A stretch of 64,000 nt of DNA, taken from positions 639,867 to 703,866 of the forward strand of contig OY821663.2 in the NCBI GenBank assembly GCA_963555975.3. Direction: 5' to 3'. The position numbers and the translations under genes are program-made. Numbering within the stretch: the stretch's first letter is position 1; each line of letters begins with the position of its first letter. The stretch is from Dehalococcoidia bacterium. Its GTDB lineage: Bacteria; Chloroflexota; Dehalococcoidia; Lucifugimonadales; UBA2985. Of this stretch, positions 60,741 to 64,000 are shown one piece after another. The notes below the pieces were generated by a model that was given only the letters and a program-made list of their open reading frames with translations, was not told the DNA's origin and searched no databases.

Positions 60741-60750
60741 AGGTGCTGAA

Positions 60751-61512
60751 ATGCCGATACCAGAGGAATGGGACCTGTCCGGCAAGTGCGTTGCGCTGAC
60801 AACCGGGAGTCGAGGCTGGGCGCCGATACTCGCCGAGGGCCTGGCGGAGGCGGGAGCCGACCTCGCCATCATCGGCCATCGCCCTGAAGTGCTGAAGCAG
60901 GCGGCAGAGGCGGCGCAGAAGTACGAAAGGCGGGTGGTGACGATACTCGCCGACCTGAAGGAGCGGGACGAGGCCCAACGAGCGATTCGGGAGGCTATCG
61001 CGTTCCTGGGCAGGATTGACGCGCTGGTGAACGACCCGCAGGTGGAGTTCGCCAAGCCGATTCTGGAGGTCACGCCGGAGGAGGTCGACGCCGTCTTCAG
61101 TCGCAACGTCAAGAGCGTGCTGTACTGCTGCCAGGAGGCGGGCAGGGCGATGATGGAGCAGGGCGGAGGTCGCATCGTGAACCTGTCGTCGGTAATGGCG
61201 GAACGCGGGCTGTCGAACGAGGCGGTGTACTGCGCGAGCATGGGCGCGGTGGAGCAGCTCACGAGGGCACTGGCGCTGGAGTGGGCTAAGAGAGGCGTCA
61301 CGGTCAACGGCATCGGCACGGCGTGGTACACCACGGAGGATATTTCGCAAGAGCAGCAGCAGGAAGACCCACTGGTGCGATACCTGCCGTCTCGCAGGCT
61401 GGGCCATCCGCGGGAGATTGTGCCGCTGCTGGCGCTGCTGTGCTCGGACGGCAGCAGCTACGTGAACGGACAGACCATCTTCGTGGACGGCGGCGCTATG
61501 ACCCACGCGTAG
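60751..61512 (+). CDS. SDR-family oxidoreductase (divergent cofactor loop)
   Basis: The cofactor loop is TTGSRGWAP in place of TGxxxGIG. The catalytic motif is YCASMGA (YxxxK-like with M) and the C-terminal pattern is G..VNG..I.VDGG. Confidence 0.75.
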   Translation: MPIPEEWDLSGKCVALTTGSRGWAPILAEGLAEAGADLAIIGHRPEVLKQAAEAAQKYERRVVTILADLKERDEAQRAIREAIAFLGRIDALVNDPQVEFAKPILEVTPEEVDAVFSRNVKSVLYCCQEAGRAMMEQGGGRIVNLSSVMAERGLSNEAVYCASMGAVEQLTRALALEWAKRGVTVNGIGTAWYTTEDISQEQQQEDPLVRYLPSRRLGHPREIVPLLALLCSDGSSYVNGQTIFVDGGAMTHA

Positions 61513-61574
61513 GGGCGATTGCGCTTCCGGCCGCACGGTTCGGCACAATCGACGCTGACAACGGAGGTCTGCAC

Positions 61575-61877
61575 ATGACTACCACAAACGCACTCGGAGA
61601 CAGGTATGAGGACGCCGAACGCAGCCTTGACTGGCTGGAGAAGCTGGAGGCGTTGCAGGCGCGCTCGGCGTCCGACCGCGCCGCGTACGAGGTGGCGGAG
61701 TACGTGATGCGACTGCGGGCCGCGGTGACCGCGCTCGCCGGGGAGCGCGATGCGTCGCAACTGGCGGCGGCCGCGGGCGAGGACACGGCGCAGCTTGTGG
61801 AGGAGCTGCGCCAGTCGGGCGACAGCGACTATTGGAACACGCGCATCCGCCCCGCGCTGCTGAAGGGGGAGGGGTGA
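61575..61877 (+). CDS. hypothetical helical protein (100 aa)
   Basis: The ATG at 61575 lies 7 nt after GGAGG. I see no recognisable motif. Confidence 0.4.
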   Translation: MTTTNALGDRYEDAERSLDWLEKLEALQARSASDRAAYEVAEYVMRLRAAVTALAGERDASQLAAAAGEDTAQLVEELRQSGDSDYWNTRIRPALLKGEG

Positions 61878-61982
61878 GGGGGGGAGATTTGCAGCATGAA
61901 TCTTGTAGACTTGCTCCATAGCAAACGGAGTGACCACAAGCGCCCGGCTCTACGAGTGAGGCCGGACTGAGGAGACGCCCCA

Positions 61983-62273
61983 ATGAACCGTGATGAAGCG
62001 ATAGAACTGCTTCGGAGGCACAAGCCGGAGCTTGCGGAGCGATTCGGCGTGACCGGCCTTGCCCTGTTCGGTTCCTTCGCGCGAGACCAGGCCACTGACG
62101 ACAGCGACGTCGACATCCTCGTCGAGTTCGGCGCTCAGCCCGGCTGGAGAGCGTATTTCGGAGCGGCGTCGTACCTGGAGGACATCCTCGGCAGGCCGGT
62201 CGAGATGGCTACCATCGCGGAGGTGCGGAAGGAGATTCGCCCGTTCGTCGAGAGGGACGCCGTCCGTGTCTGA
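61983..62273 (+). CDS. mntA: nucleotidyltransferase-domain antitoxin (MntA-type)
   Basis: The sequence LFGSFARDQATDDSDVDILVEF matches the minimal NTase motif GS...D.D. Confidence 0.85.
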   Translation: MNRDEAIELLRRHKPELAERFGVTGLALFGSFARDQATDDSDVDILVEFGAQPGWRAYFGAASYLEDILGRPVEMATIAEVRKEIRPFVERDAVRV

Positions 62274-62631
62274 TAGCAGAGGGCAAGAGCGTTTCCGGGT
62301 CTACTACGTCCGGGACATGCTGGGTTGCGCGGAAGCGGTCCTGGAGTATACCTCCGGGCTGGACATGGCCTCATTCGTTGCCGACCGCAGGACTTATGAT
62401 GCAACGCTGCGCAACGTCCAACTGATTGGCGAGGCCGCCACCCATGTTCCCCGCGACGTACGAGACACCTACCCCGGCATTCCGTGGCAAGCGATGATAG
62501 GGACTCGAAACCGCTTGACTCACGCTTACCTGCACATCAGCGACGCAATCCTCTGGTCGATAATCCAGGACTCCGTTCCAAGCCTGGCGACCCACCTAAG
62601 GAGGTTGCTGGAAGACGTTGGACGTGGCTAG
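62266..62631 (+). CDS. hepT: HEPN/DUF86-family toxin (HepT-type)
   Basis: The sequence IGTRNRLTHAYLHI contains the R-x4-H-x-Y HEPN motif. The GTG at 62266 overlaps the mntA stop by 8 nt. Confidence 0.85.
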   Translation: MSDSRGQERFRVYYVRDMLGCAEAVLEYTSGLDMASFVADRRTYDATLRNVQLIGEAATHVPRDVRDTYPGIPWQAMIGTRNRLTHAYLHISDAILWSIIQDSVPSLATHLRRLLEDVGRG

Positions 62632-62796
62632 CCGAGGCCAACTCCGACCCGGGCGCCCCATAGCTCTGCAATGGGCGGCGGCGCTAGCCCGCCTCGCGGA
62701 CGGCTGCCCAAATGGTGGCCCGGTAACGGAGAGCTACGGGTAGCGCCGAGGCCGGACGAAGACATACACTCGGCGCTGGTTCAATGAAAGGCGATC

Positions 62797-64000
62797 ATGT
62801 TCAGGAATGCCGGATTCCCAGTCGGAATGGCGATGCTGGCCTTTGTCGCGCTGTTGGGTCTGAATGTCGCGGTACTTTCACTGTCTGAAGCGCCGTCCGG
62901 CAGCGCTGGTTCTCCGCCTAACCACGCGCCGGAAGCAACCGACTCCATCGTTCTTGGTGAGCGTCTTGCTCAGGCGGCCGAAGACTGGCCGGAATTCGGC
63001 GGGTACTACCTGAAACGCTTGAACCGCAATCCACCTTACGACTATACGGTCTATGTCTACGTCAAGGACGCCTGTCAGCAAGAAGTTGCCGAAGGCGCAG
63101 CGAGGCATATGCTCGGCGCAGAGCGATTCGGGCAGGACATATTCGGGGTCAATGCGGTCCAGGCAGACTTCACCATCGCTCAGCTTAGCGAGTGGTACAG
63201 GCACGTAGGTCGAATATCCGACCCCGGACTGATCCTGGCGGAACTGGACGAAGGACGGAACCGGCTTGAGATTGGCGTGACAGACGAAGCAGCCGCGCAG
63301 AGGATTGAGGAGAAGCTGGAGGAACTGCCGGTGCCTCGCGAGGCGGTTGCCGTCAGGATTAGAGAGCCTGTCAGGGTGTATGAGTCGGGGTGGGATCTCC
63401 CAGAACCGTCCCAAATTCAAGAGGAGCTGAGCGATGCGCTGCTAGAGGACCTGGAGACTATCGCACGCCAGAAGGGCATATCTCTCGATGAAGCTATACG
63501 TCGGTATGGGTCGCAGGGCAGCGTTCTCTCGTTGCTCGATACAATCAGAGAGACGTTCCCCGACGATTACGCATGGGCGAGGGTTGCGGTGCTTCGCCGC
63601 GGTTGGGTCGGTTTCGCCGGTAGTCCTCCTGCGGCGGCGCTCTGGATGATCGAACGATCCGTCGAGAGTCAGAGAGGCTCCACCGTCGAGGTACTTTCCC
63701 ACCTGGGCTTCAATGAGTTCGAGAAGGATGATGCAATCAGTGCGTTCCACTATGCCGTTTACGATGCGCCTGAAGCCGGGGTGGGCCTCTCCGGCATGGA
63801 CCCTGAGACGGGCCACCTGAGGACGAGTCTTTGGATGCACGGCGATGTCTGTGACGCCGCCACACTCGACGATGTCAAGGCCAGTGCGACCAAGGCGCTC
63901 ATCGATGCGACCAGGGCCGACATTCTCAACAGCATCAAGATTGACGTGATCCTCACCCCGATTCCCCCGTCTCTGCGCAGCCGGATGGATGGCCCGGTGC
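62797..64000 (+). CDS. hypothetical secreted or membrane-anchored protein (first 401 aa; continues beyond the window end)
   Basis: Reading codon by codon from ATG 62797 to 64000 I found no stop, so the ORF is absent from the track because it is open-ended. The N-terminal hydrophobic segment is MFRNAGFPVGMAMLAFVALLGLNVAVLSL. The two long minus-strand track ORFs here are its antisense shadows. Confidence 0.6.
   Translation, partial: MFRNAGFPVGMAMLAFVALLGLNVAVLSLSEAPSGSAGSPPNHAPEATDSIVLGERLAQAAEDWPEFGGYYLKRLNRNPPYDYTVYVYVKDACQQEVAEGAARHMLGAERFGQDIFGVNAVQADFTIAQLSEWYRHVGRISDPGLILAELDEGRNRLEIGVTDEAAAQRIEEKLEELPVPREAVAVRIREPVRVYESGWDLPEPSQIQEELSDALLEDLETIARQKGISLDEAIRRYGSQGSVLSLLDTIRETFPDDYAWARVAVLRRGWVGFAGSPPAAALWMIERSVESQRGSTVEVLSHLGFNEFEKDDAISAFHYAVYDAPEAGVGLSGMDPETGHLRTSLWMHGDVCDAATLDDVKASATKALIDATRADILNSIKIDVILTPIPPSLRSRMDGPV

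Noticed and set aside
62878-63840. The minus-strand ORFs 62878..63420 and 63442..63840 listed in the track.
   Set aside because: Both lie antisense to a single uninterrupted plus-strand frame (62797 to the window end). That frame has a signal-peptide-like start and more protein-like composition.
1-64000. A search for rRNA, tRNA, tmRNA, CRISPR arrays, transposases, integrases, reverse transcriptases and phage structural genes.
   Set aside because: I recognised none in any frame or intergenic region. A manual scan cannot exclude small or divergent ncRNAs, and tRNAscan or Infernal would settle the question.

Overview
The window is a 64-kb high-GC bacterial chromosomal segment. GC counted by eye on sampled 60-nt lines is about 62-70% in most genes, about 50% at 46.25-47.75 kb and about 55% at 9.5-10.5 kb. 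It holds roughly 60 protein-coding genes. I found no rRNA, tRNA, CRISPR array, transposase or integrase.

Recognisable housekeeping genes:
- panD (partial)
- ileS, preceded by a T-box leader with an Ile specifier
- dnaE
- hemL, and a sirC-hemA-hemC-cobA/hemD-hemB operon
- tgt, ogt, sucCD and larC
- a MacB-type ABC exporter
- three crotonase paralogs plus an acyl-CoA synthetase
- several SDRs and hydrolases

The T-box on ileS, a DUF5679 mini-gene and the style of the intergenic repeats suggest a Chloroflexota-like genome. This is inference only.

Main observations:
1. Nearly every long intergenic spacer is filled with a modular mosaic of palindromic REP-like units. These units also generate many false ORFs in the six-frame track.
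2. The same REP core occurs six times, in frame, inside dnaE as a tandem linker insertion.
3. A 113-nt element is nested in REP units as two near-identical inverted copies 13 kb apart.
4. A candidate envelope-stress cassette runs in one direction: a secreted protein with four LTxxQ-type repeats, an OmpR-type regulator, a HAMP histidine kinase, a Zn-ribbon mini-protein and an HtrA protease.
5. A trypsin-like protease gene is compositionally chimeric. Its 3' end is low-GC and is followed by a low-GC gene whose product aligns block by block to the uracil-DNA-glycosylase superfamily with degenerate catalytic motifs. A three-copy motif upstream can form mutually exclusive helices around the RBS and start codon.
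6. larC can only be translated with its conserved N-terminus from a CTG codon.
7. A promoter-like AT-rich palindrome is duplicated on both sides of a DUF4143 ATPase gene, which looks leaderless.

All functional calls come from motif recognition by eye. No database search was possible.
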